Of a stretch of 64,000 nt of DNA, positions 28,567 to 43,679 are shown piece by piece. This DNA comes from Eledone cirrhosa. Its lineage: Eukaryota. The DNA lies in NCBI GenBank assembly GCA_964016885.1, contig OZ024745.1:4030001-4094000 (forward strand), given 5' to 3'. Numbering within the stretch: position 1 is the stretch's first letter; every line of letters begins with the position of its first letter. Under the pieces are notes generated by a model. The model was given only the letters and a program-made list of their open reading frames with translations. It searched no databases and was not told the DNA's origin. Position numbers and translations under genes: made by a program.

Positions 28567-31500
28567 TATTACTTTACTAAATACACACTATACATATTAC
28601 TATACTAAATACACTCTATACATATTACTATACTAAATACACTCTATACATATTACTTTACTAAATACACTCTATACATATTACTATACTAAATACACTC
28701 TATACATATTACTATACTAAATACACTCTATACATATTACTATACTAAATACACTCTATACATATTACTTTACTAAATACACTCTATACATATTACTATA
28801 CTAAATACACTCTATACATATTACTATACTAAATACACTCTATACATATTACTATACTAAATACACTCTATACATATTACTATACTAAATACACTCTATA
28901 CATATTACTATACTAAATACACTCTATACATATTACTATACTAAATACACTCTATACATATTACTATACTAAATACACTCTACTTATTACTATACTAAAT
29001 ACACTCTATACATATTACTTTACTAAATACACTCTATACATATTACTATACTAAATACACTCTATACATATTACTATACTAAATACACTCTACATATTAC
29101 TATACTAAATACACTCTACATATTACTATACTAAATACACTCTATACATATTACTATACTAAATACACTCTATACATATTACTATACTAAATACACTCTA
29201 TACATATTACTATACTAAATACACTCTATACATATTACTATACTAAATACACTCTACATATTACTATACTAAATACACTCTATACATATTACTATACTAA
29301 ATACACTCTATACATATTACTTTACTAAATACACTCTATACATATTACTATACTAAATACACTCTATACATATTACTATACTAAATACACTCTATACATA
29401 TTACTTTACTAAATACACTCTATACATATTACTATACTAAATACACTCTATACATATTACTATACTAAATACACTCTATACATATTACTATACTAAATAC
29501 ACTCTATACATATTACTTTACTAAATACACTCTATACATATTACTATACTAAATACACTCTATACATATTACTATACTAAATACACTCTATACATATTAC
29601 TATACTAAATACACTCTATACATATTACTATACTAAATACACTCTATACATATTACTATACTAAATACACTCTATACATATTACTATACTAAATACACTC
29701 TATACATATTACTATACTAAATACACTCTACTTATTACTATACTAAATACACTCTATACATATTACTTTACTAAATACACTCTATACATATTACTATACT
29801 AAATACACTCTATACATATTACTATACTAAATACACTCTACATATTACTATACTAAATACACTCTACATATTACTATACTAAATACACTCTATACATATT
29901 ACTATACTAAATACACTCTATACATATTACTTTACTAAATACACTCTATACATATTACTATATTAAATACACTCTATACATATTACTTTACTAAATACAC
30001 TCTATACATATTACTATACTAAATACACTCTATACATATTACTATACTAAATACACTCTATACATATTACTATACTAAATACACTCTATACATATTACTA
30101 TACTAAATACACTCTACATATTACTATACTAAATACACTCTATACATATTACTATACTAAATACACTCTATACATATTACTTTACTAAATACACTCTATA
30201 CATATTACTATACTAAATACACTCTATACATATTACTTTACTAAATACACTCTATACATATTACTATACTAAATACACTCTATACATATTACTTTACTAA
30301 ATACACTCTATACATATTACTATACTAAATACACTCTACATATTACTATACTAAATACACTCTATACATATTACTATACTAAATACACTCTATACATATT
30401 ACTTTACTAAATACACTCTATACATATAACTATACTAAATACACTCTATACATATTACTATACTAAATACACTCTATACATATTACTATACTAAATACAC
30501 TCTATACATATTACTATACTGAATACACTCTACATATTACTATACTAAATACACTCTATACATATTACTATACTGAATACACTCTACATATTACTATACT
30601 AAATACACTCTATACATATTACTATACTAAATACACTCTATACATATTACTATACTAAATACACTCTACATATTACTATACTGAATAAACTCTACATATT
30701 ACTATACTAAATACACTCTATACATATTACTATACTAAATACACTCTATACATATTACTATACTAAATACACTCTATACATATTACTATACTAAATACAC
30801 TCTATACATATTACTATACTAAATACACTCTATACATATTACTATACTAAATACACTCTATACATATTACTATACTAAATACACTCTATACATATTACTA
30901 TACTAAATACACTCTATACATATTACTATACTGAATACACTCTACATATTACTATACTAAATACACTCTATACATATTACTATACTGAATACACTCTACA
31001 TATTACTATACTAAATACACTCTATACATATTACTATACTAAATACACTCTATACATATTACTATACTAAATACACTCTACATATTACTATACTGAATAC
31101 ACTCTACATATTACTATACTAAATACACTCTATACATATTACTATACTAAATACACTCTATACATATTACTATACTAAATACACTCTATACATATTACTA
31201 TACTAAATACACTCTATACATATTACTATACTAAATACACTCTATACATATTACTATACTAAATACACTCTATACATATTACTATACTAAATACACTCTA
31301 TACATATTACTATACTAAATACACTCTATACATATTACTATACTAAATACACTCTATACATATTACTATACTAAATACACTCTATACATATTACTATACT
31401 AAATACACTCTATACATATTACTATACTAAATACACTCTATACATATTACTATACTAAATACACTCTATACATATTACTATACTCAATAGACTCTATACA

Positions 31501-34500
31501 TATTACTATACTAAATACACTCTATACATATTACTTTACTAAATACACTCTATACATATTACTATACTAAATACACTCTATACATATTACTATACTAAAT
31601 ACACTCTACATATTACTATACTAAATACACTCTACATATTACTATACTAAATACACTCTATACATATTACTATACTCAATAGACTCTACACATATTACTA
31701 TACTATATACACTCTACCTATTACTATAGTAAATACTCTCTATACATATTACTATACTAAATACACTCTACATATTACTATACTAAATACACTCTACATA
31801 TTACTATACTATATACACTCTACATATTACTATACTAAATACACTCTATACATATTAGTATGCTAAATACACTCTATACATATTACTATACTAAATACAC
31901 TCTACATATTACTATACTAAATACACTCTATACATATTACTGTACTAAATACACTCTATACATATTACTATACTAAATACACTCTATACATATTACTATA
32001 CTAAATACACTCTACATATTACTATACTAAATACACTCTATACATATTACTATACTAAATACACTCTATACATATTACTATACTAAATACACTCTGTACA
32101 TATTACTATAATAAATACACTCTATACATATTACTATACTAAATACACTCTATACATATTACTATACTAAATACACTCTACATATTACTATACTAAATAC
32201 ACTCTACATATTACTATACTAAATACACTCTATACATATTACTATACTAAATACACTCTATACATATTACTTTACTAAATACACTCTATACATATTACTA
32301 TACTAAATACACTCTATACATATTACTATACTAAATACACTCTATACATATTACTATACTAAATACACTCTACATATTACTATACTAAATACACTCTACA
32401 TATTACTATACTAAATACACTCTATACATATTACTATACTAAATACACTCTATACATATTACTTTACTAAATACACTCTATACATATTACTATATTAAAT
32501 ACACTCTATACATATTACTTTACTAAATACACTCTATACATATTACTATACTAAATACACTCTACATATTACTATACTAAATACACTCTATACATATTAC
32601 TATACTAAATACACTCTATACATATTACTATACTAAATACACTCTATACATATTACTATACTAAATACACTCTATACATATTACTATACTAAATACACTC
32701 TATACATATTACTATACTAAATACACTCTACATATTACTATACTAAATACACTCTATACATATTACTATACTAAATACACTCTATACATATTACTTTACT
32801 AAATACACTCTATACATATTACTATACTAAATACACTCTATACATATTACTATACTAAATACACTCTATACATATTACTATACTAAATACACTCTACATA
32901 TTACTTTACTAAATACACTCTATACATATTACTATACTAAATACACTCTACATATTACTATACTAAATACACTCTATACATATTACTATACTAAATACAC
33001 TCTATACATATTACTATACTAAATACACTCTACATGTTACTATACTAAATACACTCTACATATTACTATACTAAATACACTCTACATATTACTATACTAA
33101 ATACACTCTATACATATTACTATACTAAATACACTCTATACATATTACTATACTAAATACACTCTACATATTACTATACTAAATACACTCTATACATATT
33201 ACTATACTAAATACACTCTATACATATTACTTTACTAAATACACTCTATACATATTACTATAATAAATACACTCTACTTATTACTATACTAAATACACTC
33301 TATACATATTACTTTACTAAATACACTCTATACATATTACTATACTAAATACACTCTATACATATTACTATACTAAATACACTCTACATATTACTATACT
33401 AAATACACTCTACATATTACTATACTAAATACACTCTATACATATTACTATACTCAATAGACTCTATACATATTACTATACTATATACACTCTACCTATT
33501 ACTATAGTAAATACTCTCTATACATATTACTATACTAAATACACTCTACATATTACTATACTAAATACACTCTACATATTACTATACTAAATACACTCTA
33601 CATATTACTATACTAAATACACTCTATACATATTAGTATGCTAAATACACTCTATACATATTACTATACTAAATACACTCTACATATTACTATACTAAAT
33701 ACACTCTATACATATTACTATACTAAATACACTCTATACATATTACTATACTAAATACACTCTATACATATTACTATACTAAATACACTCTATATATGTT
33801 ACTATACTAAATACACTCTATACATATTACTATACTAAATACACTCTATACATATTACTATACTAAATACACTCTACATATTACTATACTAAATACACTC
33901 TACATATTACTATACTAAATACACTCTATACATATTACTATACTAAATACACTCTATACATATTACTATACTAAATACACTCTATACATATTACTATACT
34001 AAATACACTCTATACATATTACTATACTAAATACACTCTATACATATTACTATACTAAATACACTCTACATATTACTATACTAAATACACTCTACATATT
34101 ACTATACTAAATACACTCTATACATATTACTATACTAAATACACTCTATACATATTACTATACTAAATACACTCTATACATATTACTATACTAAATACAC
34201 TCTATACATATTACTATACTAAATACACTCTATACATATTACTATACTAAATACACTCTACATATTACTATACTAAATACACTCTACATATTACTATACT
34301 AAATACACTCTATACATATTACTATACTAAATACACTCTACATATTACTATACTAAATACACTCTATACATATTACTATACTAAATACACTCTATACATA
34401 TTACTATACTAAATACACTCTATACATATTACTATACTAAATACACTCTATACATATTACTATACTAAATACACTCTATACATATTACTATACTAAATAC

Positions 34501-37322
34501 ACTCTATACATATTACTATACTAAATACACTCTACATATTACTATACTAAATACACTCTACATATTACTATACTAAATACACTCTATACATATTACTATA
34601 CTAAATACACTCTATACATATTACTTTACTAAATACACTCTATACATATTACTATACTAAATACACTCTATACATATTACTATACTAAATACACTCTATA
34701 CATATTACTATACTAAATACACTCTACATATTACTATACTAAATACACTCTACATATTACTATACTAAATACACTCTATACATATTACTATACTAAATAC
34801 ACTCTATACATATTACTATACTAAATACACTCTATACATATTACTATACTAAATACACTCTATACATATTACTATACTAAATACACTCTATACATATTAC
34901 TATACTAAATACACTCTATACATATTACTATACTAAATACACTCTATACATATTACTATACTAAATACACTCTATACATATTACTATACTAAATACATTC
35001 TATACATATTACTATACTAAATACACTCTATACATATTACTATACTAAATACACTCTATACATATTACTATACTAAATACACTCTATACATATTACTATA
35101 TTAAATACACTCTATACATATTACTTTACTAAATACACTCTATACATATTACTATACTAAATACACTCTATACATATTACTTTACTAAATACACTCTATA
35201 CATATTACTATACTAAATACACTCTATACATATTACTATACTAAATACACTGTATACATATTACTATACTAAATACACTCTACATATTACTTTACTAAAT
35301 ACACTCTATACATATTACTATACTAAATACACTCTACATATTACTATACTAAATACACTCTATACATATTACTATACTAAATACACTCTACATATTACTA
35401 TACTAAATACACTCTACATATTACTATACTAAATACACTCTATACATATTACTATACTAAATACACTCTACATATTACTTTACTAAATACACGCTATACA
35501 TATTACTATACTAAATACACTCTATACATATTACTATACTAAATACACTCTACATATTACTCTACTAAATACACTCTATACATATTACTATACTAAATAC
35601 TCTCTATACATATTACTATACTAAATACACTCTATACATATTACTATACTAAATACACTCTATACATATTACTATACTAAATACACTCTATACATATTAC
35701 TATACTAAATACACTCTACATATTACTATACTCAATACACTCTATTCATATTACTATACTAAATACACTCTATACATATTACTTTACTAAATACACTCTA
35801 TACATATTACTATACTAAATACACTCTATACATATTACTATACTAAATACACTCTATACATATTACTATACTCAATAGACTCTATACATATTACTATACT
35901 AAATACACTCTACTTATTACTATACTAAATACACTCTATACATATTACTTTACTAAATACACTCTATACATATTACTATACTAAATACACTCTATACATA
36001 TTACTATACTAAATACACTCTATACATATTACTATACTAAATACACTCTACATATTACTATACTCAATACACTCTATACATATTACTATACTAAATACAC
36101 TCTATACATATTACTTTACTAAATACACTCTATACATATTACTATACTAAATACACTCTATACATATTACTATACTAAATACACTCTATACATATTACTA
36201 TACTCAATAGACTCTATACATATTACTATACTAAATACACTCTACTTATTACTATACTAAATACACTCTATACATATTACTTTACTAAATACACTCTATA
36301 CACATTACTATACTAAATACACTCTATACATATTACTATACTAAATACACTCTACATATTACTATACTAAATACACTCTACATATTACTATACTAAATAC
36401 ACTCTATACATATTACTATACTCAATAGACTCTATACATATTACTATACTATATACACTCTACCTATTACTATAGTAAATACTCTCTATACATATTACTA
36501 TACTAAATACACTCTACATATTACTATACTAAATACACTCTACATATTACTATACTAAATACACTCTACATATTACTATACTAAATACACTCTATACATA
36601 TTAGTATGCTAAATACACTCTATACATATTACTATACTAAATACACTCTACATATTACTATACTAAATACACTCTATACATATTACTATACTAAATACAC
36701 TCTATACATATTACTATACTAAATACACTCTATACATATTACTATACTAAATACACTCTACATATTACTATACTAAATACACTCTATACATATTACTATA
36801 CTAAATACACTCTATACATATTACTATACTAAATACACTCTATACATATTACTATACTAAATACACTCTATACATATTACTATACTAAATACACTCTATA
36901 CATATTACTATACTAAATACACTCTACATATTACTATACTAAATACACTCTACATATTACTATACTAAATACACTCTATACATATTACTATACTAAATAC
37001 ACTCTATACATATTACTTTACTAAATACACTCTATACATATTACTATACTAAATACACTCTATGCATATTACTATACTAAATACACTTTATACATATTAC
37101 TATACTAAATACACTCTACATATTACTATACTAAATACACTCTACATATTACTATACTAAATACACTCTATACATATTACTATACTAAATACACTCTATA
37201 CATATTACTATACTAAATACACTCTATACATATTACTTTACTAAATACACTCTATACATATTACTATATTAAATACACTCTATACATATTACTTTACTAA
37301 ATACACTCTATACATATTACTA
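28565..37322. repeat. 28-bp (26-bp variant) G-less satellite, left block
   Basis: Unit CATATTACTATACTAAATACACTCTATA; abuts the 68-bp array directly and is interrupted at 37322 by an insertion. Confidence 0.97.
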
Positions 37323-38278
37323 CTAGACATGAAAAATGCGCAAGCTCAAAAGTGCCACAGAATGTTATAATAAACCTTCAAAAGTGTGGGACTAGAGTTG
37401 TTGCTAAAAAATATTGTAATCATTATATATCGTACATTCTGTGGCATCCTTTATAAAAATAGCTTAAACCAACGAAGCCTTTATTTTTACGCTATTTCAC
37501 TTAGTTAATTCTTAGAGTGTAACATATAAAAATATGATTTACAACTATAAAATAAATTAATTAATATAATAACAGAGCTGCGGAGCTGAAATTTAGGAAA
37601 TAATGGAGTATCGGATCCTGAGTTGGAGCCAGTCAATTTTTGACCGACTCCGCAGCCCTGTATAATACATTTCATATTAAAGTTATTAATAAACCTATTT
37701 TACACTTCATGCAAATTACCACGAGATATTGATATTAGATATAAGATACAGCGCAATATCTACAGCTGTAAAAGTACGAAAGCGAAGTAATAATAAGTGG
37801 CTTAAGGTAATTCCAATATGAAAGTTTGTAGTGATAAAAATTTGATAATGCAATACGATTGTTAATATTATAGTTCTATGAAAATGTAACAATAGATAAC
37901 TAAATTATTTTACTATTAGTATATTTAAGAAATTATCATTATAGATTTGATCGTTCATATAAGCATCATATTAAGTTTCAACACAATTATTTTGTTACTA
38001 TGAGTATATGATAATAATATTACGTAATTATTTATAGCTGTTATTACATTAAACATAGATGTATTTATTTTTATATGTTACACTCTAAGAATTAACTAAG
38101 TGAAATAGCGTAAAAATAAAGGCTTCGTTGGTTTAAGCTATTTTTATAAAGGATGCCACAGAATGTACGATATATAATGATTACAATATTTTTTAGCAAC
38201 AACTCTAGTCCCACACTTTTGAAGGTTTATTATAACATTCTGTGGCACTTTTGAGCTTGCGCATTTTTCATGTCTAGT
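37322..38278. repeat. Perfect 213-bp inverted repeat (37322-37534 / 38066-38278) with 531-bp spacer
   Basis: Arms compared base by base: ACTAGACATGAAAAATGCG...AACATATAAAAATA is the exact reverse complement of TATTTTTATATGTT...CGCATTTTTCATGTCTAGT. Confidence 0.95.
37573..37660. mobile_element. 88-bp hAT-type MITE
   Basis: TIRs CAGAGCTGCGGAG / CTCCGCAGCCCTG; flanks TATAATAA (37565-72) and TATAATAC (37661-68) form a near-perfect 8-bp TSD, the hAT hallmark. Confidence 0.7.
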
Positions 38279-38836
38279 TTAATATTTTTTTAAGGCAACG
38301 CTTGTAATAACTCTAGTTAAACAGGATATATATTAATAATAAATTATCGTTGTAATGTAATTAGATTATGTAATTGTTATTATAAATTATCTTATAAATA
38401 TTAGTGTAAGATGTATAAAAATATTTTCAGACTTTTAATATAAACAACTACAAAAAACAATCAATATTAAATCAATATATTATACATAATAGAAAACATA
38501 AAATATACAATACAAAAACAAAATATTTACATACAATTGCAATTATCAGTGTATATACATTTTCTTTATATTCCCTGAGCAAATTAATAAGATTTGTTTT
38601 TATTGTACATAATTTGATGACTTGTTGGAGTGTATTAAAAGATAGCAACAATTTGTGATTAAATTGTTATCTTAAGCAACTCACTTTTTAATAGTTGTTG
38701 GCTGAGCGAAATTGTAAAAGCCTATGAGCAAATATAAAAAAAAATACACAAACAACATTTCCTTGTGTTATTACAACATTAGATAAAATAATTGAGCAAT
38801 GTCGTTATATTTTGCTCTTATTGCACATTAATAGTG

Positions 38837-39004
38837 TTTCTATTTTTCGGCACAAATCCATTACGGCAGTCCATTACTGGTACTTTATTTTATCGAATTA
38901 GTAAGTATGAAAGTCGAAGTTAACCTCGGCAGGATTTGAACTTAGAATGCAAAGGACCATAACAATACTGCAAAGCATGGTGTCTGACGCTCTACCAATA
39001 CTTG
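38837..39004 (-). mobile_element. tRNA-derived SINE, diverged copy
   Basis: Homologous to the 39668-39853 copy (ACTGGTACTTTATTTTATCGA...GTTAACCTCGGCAGGATTTGAAC); B-box-like GTTCAAATCC on the minus strand. Confidence 0.75.
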
Positions 39005-39395
39005 TGTTGAGCTGGTCATTAATTTATGGTGGTCGTGCGTGGAGTAGAGCAATCGCTAGTTGAAATATTATGAACAAAACATTTTTATTTGCCGAAGAAC
39101 ATATTTTCAATACTGTTTGTGAATGTGACGAAGGAAATACATTCTGATATGGAACAGTGTACAAAGTGTGTCTGTGAATAACATAATGTTACCTCATGTT
39201 GTTGTCAAGACATAATGGATTTCGTTTATCCAGTTAGAAGATGAAACCTAGCCATCTCGGATTAGTTATATTTCATGCCATGTGTAAACGTGTTTGAGGA
39301 TAGCAAAATATGCGCGTTAATTATAATAATTAGTTAATAATATTACAAAATATACCTAATTAAACTCTTTGCTTGAAATTTTATCATTCTTCGTT

Positions 39396-39430
<35 letters not shown>

Positions 39431-39667
39431 GGAGAGAGATTTATCTAGTCCTTCGCTCAAGATTAATCTATAAGTTTAGATGTTTGCCTTCGTTTAAGTA
39501 AATATTACAGTAAGATTTTTAATATAAACAACTGCAAAAAACAATTAATATTAAAACGAAAAAATTATCAATGATAAAAGAAGCGGATGCAACTTTTTTT
39601 TTTATAAAGTTATATTCCTGTTTCTTTAAAGAACATTTCATTTTTGTTCTATTGTAGGCGAAATAAT

Positions 39668-39853
39668 TGTTTCTACTTTAGGCACAAGGCCAGCAAATTA
39701 CCCAGTACATTACTGGTACTTTATTTTATCGACCCCGTAAGGATGAAAGGCAAAGTTAACCTCGGCGGGATTTGAACTCAGACTGTAAAGGGACGTAACT
39801 ATGCTAGAAAGCATGGCGTCCAACCCTCTACCGATACTGCCAATTCACCGCCC
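39668..39853 (-). mobile_element. Full-length tRNA-derived SINE with 15-bp TSD
   Basis: The minus strand starts GGCGGTGAATTGGCAGTATCGGTAG (A-box-like) and contains GAGTTCAAATCCCG (B-box). It is flanked by the exact direct repeat TGTAGGCGAAATAAT at 39653-39667 and 39854-39868. Confidence 0.88.
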
Positions 39854-40000
39854 TGTAGGCGAAATAATGCAATGGTTTAATAGGGAAGATATAACTTACG
39901 AATTATGTCTCTAACCGTGTAACGCTTTTTAAGTAGATAACTACAATTGAAAATACTAAAGAAATGGAACCAACAATTCAATTTGAAAGTCGTCTAGTGA

Positions 40001-40052
40001 CAGTGTATTACTGGTACTTTATTTTATCGACCCCGTAACGATGAAAGGCAAA
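40001..40052 (-). mobile_element. SINE central fragment (same family)
   Basis: TTACTGGTACTTTATTTTATCGACCCCGTAACGATGAAAGGCAAA is nearly identical to 39710-39754. Confidence 0.75.
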
Positions 40053-40985
40053 AATGCAAATGCTTAAAATTTAAATTGCCTTAATTCTATCGTCTGCTGT
40101 TTCATTAAAGGGAGATTATCGTCTGTATTTAATTCTATCGTCTACTGTTCCACTAAACAGATATACCTCCACTATCGTCTCTATTTATACATTTTAACTT
40201 ATAACTTATACACATTTGATTTGAAATATTTTATCTAGTCCCCCCTCTCAATATTATGATGATTTCTTTCGAATGAAACAGTTCTAGTCCTGTAGAAGCC
40301 ATTTATATATATAATTGAACTGAGTTAAAAATTCACAATATTTATAATTAAATAAGCTCATATATATATGTGTGTATTTATCTGTTTATTGTATTATATA
40401 TAATGTGTGTATATACAGGATGTCCCCCAAAAATATATACACACTTCAACAGCATTCTAATAACTATTGCCTGTACAGGTAATCAAAGTGTCAATCGAAT
40501 GTTAGTTTCGTGTTTTAACAGTACAAATTTACAATACACACATAAAACCAGTGTATATACATACATGAGTGTGTATACACATACATGAATGTGTATATAC
40601 AATATATATGTATATATATATATAGACACATGTATTCACGGTGCAACGGTACATTAAAATATAGATGAGGGAGAGGGGGTGTATATATAGGGGCGCTGGG
40701 GATAAAGGAGTGTAAAGCGTGTGTAATTGATATATTGAAGGAGAGGAGCGTGCAGCGATAGAGTAACAAATATATAGAGAGGGGGAGAGATGGTATTGAA
40801 GGGGAGGAGTGCAAAGCGAAAGAGTAAGAGATATAAATAGAGACGGAACAGATAGAGAGAAACAGGCGTAAGTAACAGTGGAAGAGATATAGAGAGAGGT
40901 ACTCTGATTGGTTGAAAATTAGCCAATCACATACGATCACCACCACGGCTATCCCCGAAAAATTTTTAAAGAAGCTAGGCATATA

Positions 40986-41039
40986 TGTTAGAACACGAAA
41001 AGTGAACATTCTGTGTTTCACACTTTTCGTGTTCTAACA
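40986..41039. other. Terminal stem-loop of the Helitron-like insertion (19-bp perfect stem, 16-nt loop)
   Basis: TGTTAGAACACGAAAAGTG (40986-41004) pairs with CACTTTTCGTGTTCTAACA (41021-41039). Confidence 0.9.
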
Positions 41040-41041
41040 GA

Positions 41042-43406
41042 TACTAAATACACTCTATACATATTACTATACTAAATACACTCTATACATATTACTATAC
41101 TAAATACACTCTACATATTACTTTACTAAATACACTCTATACATATTACTATACTAAATACACTCTACATATTACTATACTAAATACACTCTACATATTA
41201 CTATACTAAATACACTCTATACATATTACTATACTAAATACACTCTATACATATTACTATACTAAATACACTCTACATATTACTATACTAAATACACTCT
41301 ACATATTACTATACTAAATACACTCTATACATATTACTATACTAAATACACTCTATACATATTACTATACTAAATACACTCTACATATTACTATACTAAA
41401 TACACTCTATACATATTACTATACTAAATACACTCTACATATTACTATACTAAATACACTCTATACATATTACTATACTAAATACACTCTACATATTACT
41501 CTACTAAATACACTCTATACATATTACTATACTAAATACACTCTACATATTACTCTACTAAATACACTCTATACATATTACTATACTAAATACACTCTAC
41601 ATATTACTCTACTAAATACACTCTATACATATTACTATACTAAATACACTCTATACATATTACTATACTAAATACACTCTATACATATTACTATACTAAA
41701 TACTGTCTATACATATTACTATACTAAATACATTCTACATATTACTATACTCAATAGACTCTATACGTATTACTATACTATATACACTCTACCTATTACT
41801 ATAGTAAATACTCTCTATACATATTACTATACTAAATACACTCTACATATTACTATACTAAATACACTCTACATATTACTATACTAAATACACTCTACAT
41901 ATTACTATACTAAATACACTCTATACATATTAGTATGCTAAATACACTCTATACATATTACTATACTAAATACACTCTACATATTACTATACTAAATACA
42001 CTCTATACATATTACTATACTAAATACACTCTATACATATTACTATACTAAATACACTCTATACATATTACTATACTAAATACACTCTACATATTACTAT
42101 ACTAAATACACTCTATACATATTACTATACTAAATACACTCTATACATATTACTATACTAAATACACTCTATACATATTACTATACTAAATACACTCTAT
42201 ACATATTACTATACTAAATACACTCTATACATATTACTATACTAAATACACTCTACATATTACTATACTAAATACACTCTACATATTACTATACTAAATA
42301 CACTCTATACATATTACTATACTAAATACACTCTATACATATTACTTTACTAAATACACTCTATACATATTACTATACTAAATACACTCTATGCATATTA
42401 CTATACTAAATACACTTTATACATATTACTATACTAAATACACTCTACATATTACTATACTAAATACACTCTACATATTACTATACTAAATACACTCTAT
42501 ACATATTACTATACTAAATACACTCTATACATATTACTATACTAAATACACTCTATACATATTACTTTACTAAATACACTCTATACATATTACTATATTA
42601 AATACACTCTATACATATTACTTTACTAAATACACTCTATACATATTACTATACTAAATACACTCTATACATATTACTATACTAAATACACTCTATACAT
42701 ATTACTATACTAAATACACTCTACATATTACTTTACTAAATACACTCTATACATATTACTATACTAAATACACTCTACATATTACTATACTAAATACACT
42801 CTACATATTACTATACTAAATACACTCTATACATATTACTATACTAAATACACTCTATACATATTACTATACTAAATACACTCTACATATTACTATACTA
42901 AATACACTCTATACATATTACTATACTAAATACACTCTACATATTACTATACTAAATACACTCTATACATATTACTATACTAAATACACTCTACATATTA
43001 CTATACTAAATACACTCTATACATATTACTATACTAAATACACTCTATACATATTACTATACTAAATACACTCTACATATTACTATACTAAATACACTCT
43101 ATACATATTACTATACTAAATACACTCTACATATTACTATACTAAATACACTCTATACATATTACTATACTAAATACACTCTACATATTACTCTACTAAA
43201 TACACTCTATACATATTACTATACTAAATACACTCTACATATTACTCTACTAAATACACTCTATACATATTACTATACTAAATACACTCTATACATATTA
43301 CTATACTAAATACACTCTATACATATTACTATACTAAATACTGTCTATACATATTACTATACTAAATACATTCTACATATTACTATACTAAATACTGTCT
43401 ATACAT
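41042..43406. repeat. 28-bp satellite, right block
   Basis: Same unit as 28565-37322, resuming in phase after the insertion. Confidence 0.97.
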
Positions 43407-43679
43407 TTACAGTACTCTCTATATGTTTACACATTGACCAATACTATTTTCCAAATGTTACAGGATGATAGTTTTCACTGCTACAAACTAGAATCTTTCT
43501 TTTTAACTCTAAACTATTCTATGTTTCACAGCTATTTCAAAAGCAATTCTCACAGCTGAACCTTTCAAATACCAGCTATATACAGTATATACAGAGATGG
43601 TCGCTATATAACTATATACAGTATATATATACAGAGATTCTCACTATATAACTGTATACTATATATATATATATATATA

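Larger units (their letters stand above)
37323..41041 (-). mobile_element. 3719-bp non-autonomous Helitron-like (rolling-circle) insertion
   Basis: The minus strand reads host ...TATTTAGTA | TCTGTTAG...CATGTCTAG | TAGTAATATG: 5'-TC, 3'-CTAG, A|T target, no TSD. Removing it restores an intact satellite monomer, and the empty site is visible in the paralogous satellite block at 42651/42652. No RepHel ORF is seen. Confidence 0.72.

Noticed and set aside
39668-39853. tRNA gene
   Set aside because: A/B boxes are present, but it has a TSD, a non-tRNA body and multiple diverged copies, so it is a SINE.
40370-41021. ORFs of 72-168 aa in the Helitron-like element as a transposase or captured gene
   Set aside because: Low-complexity translations of GA/TA-rich DNA; no HUH or helicase motifs.
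1-43406. Regular repeats as a CRISPR array
   Set aside because: Head-to-tail monomers with no unique spacers, no cas genes, and a eukaryotic spliced-gene context.
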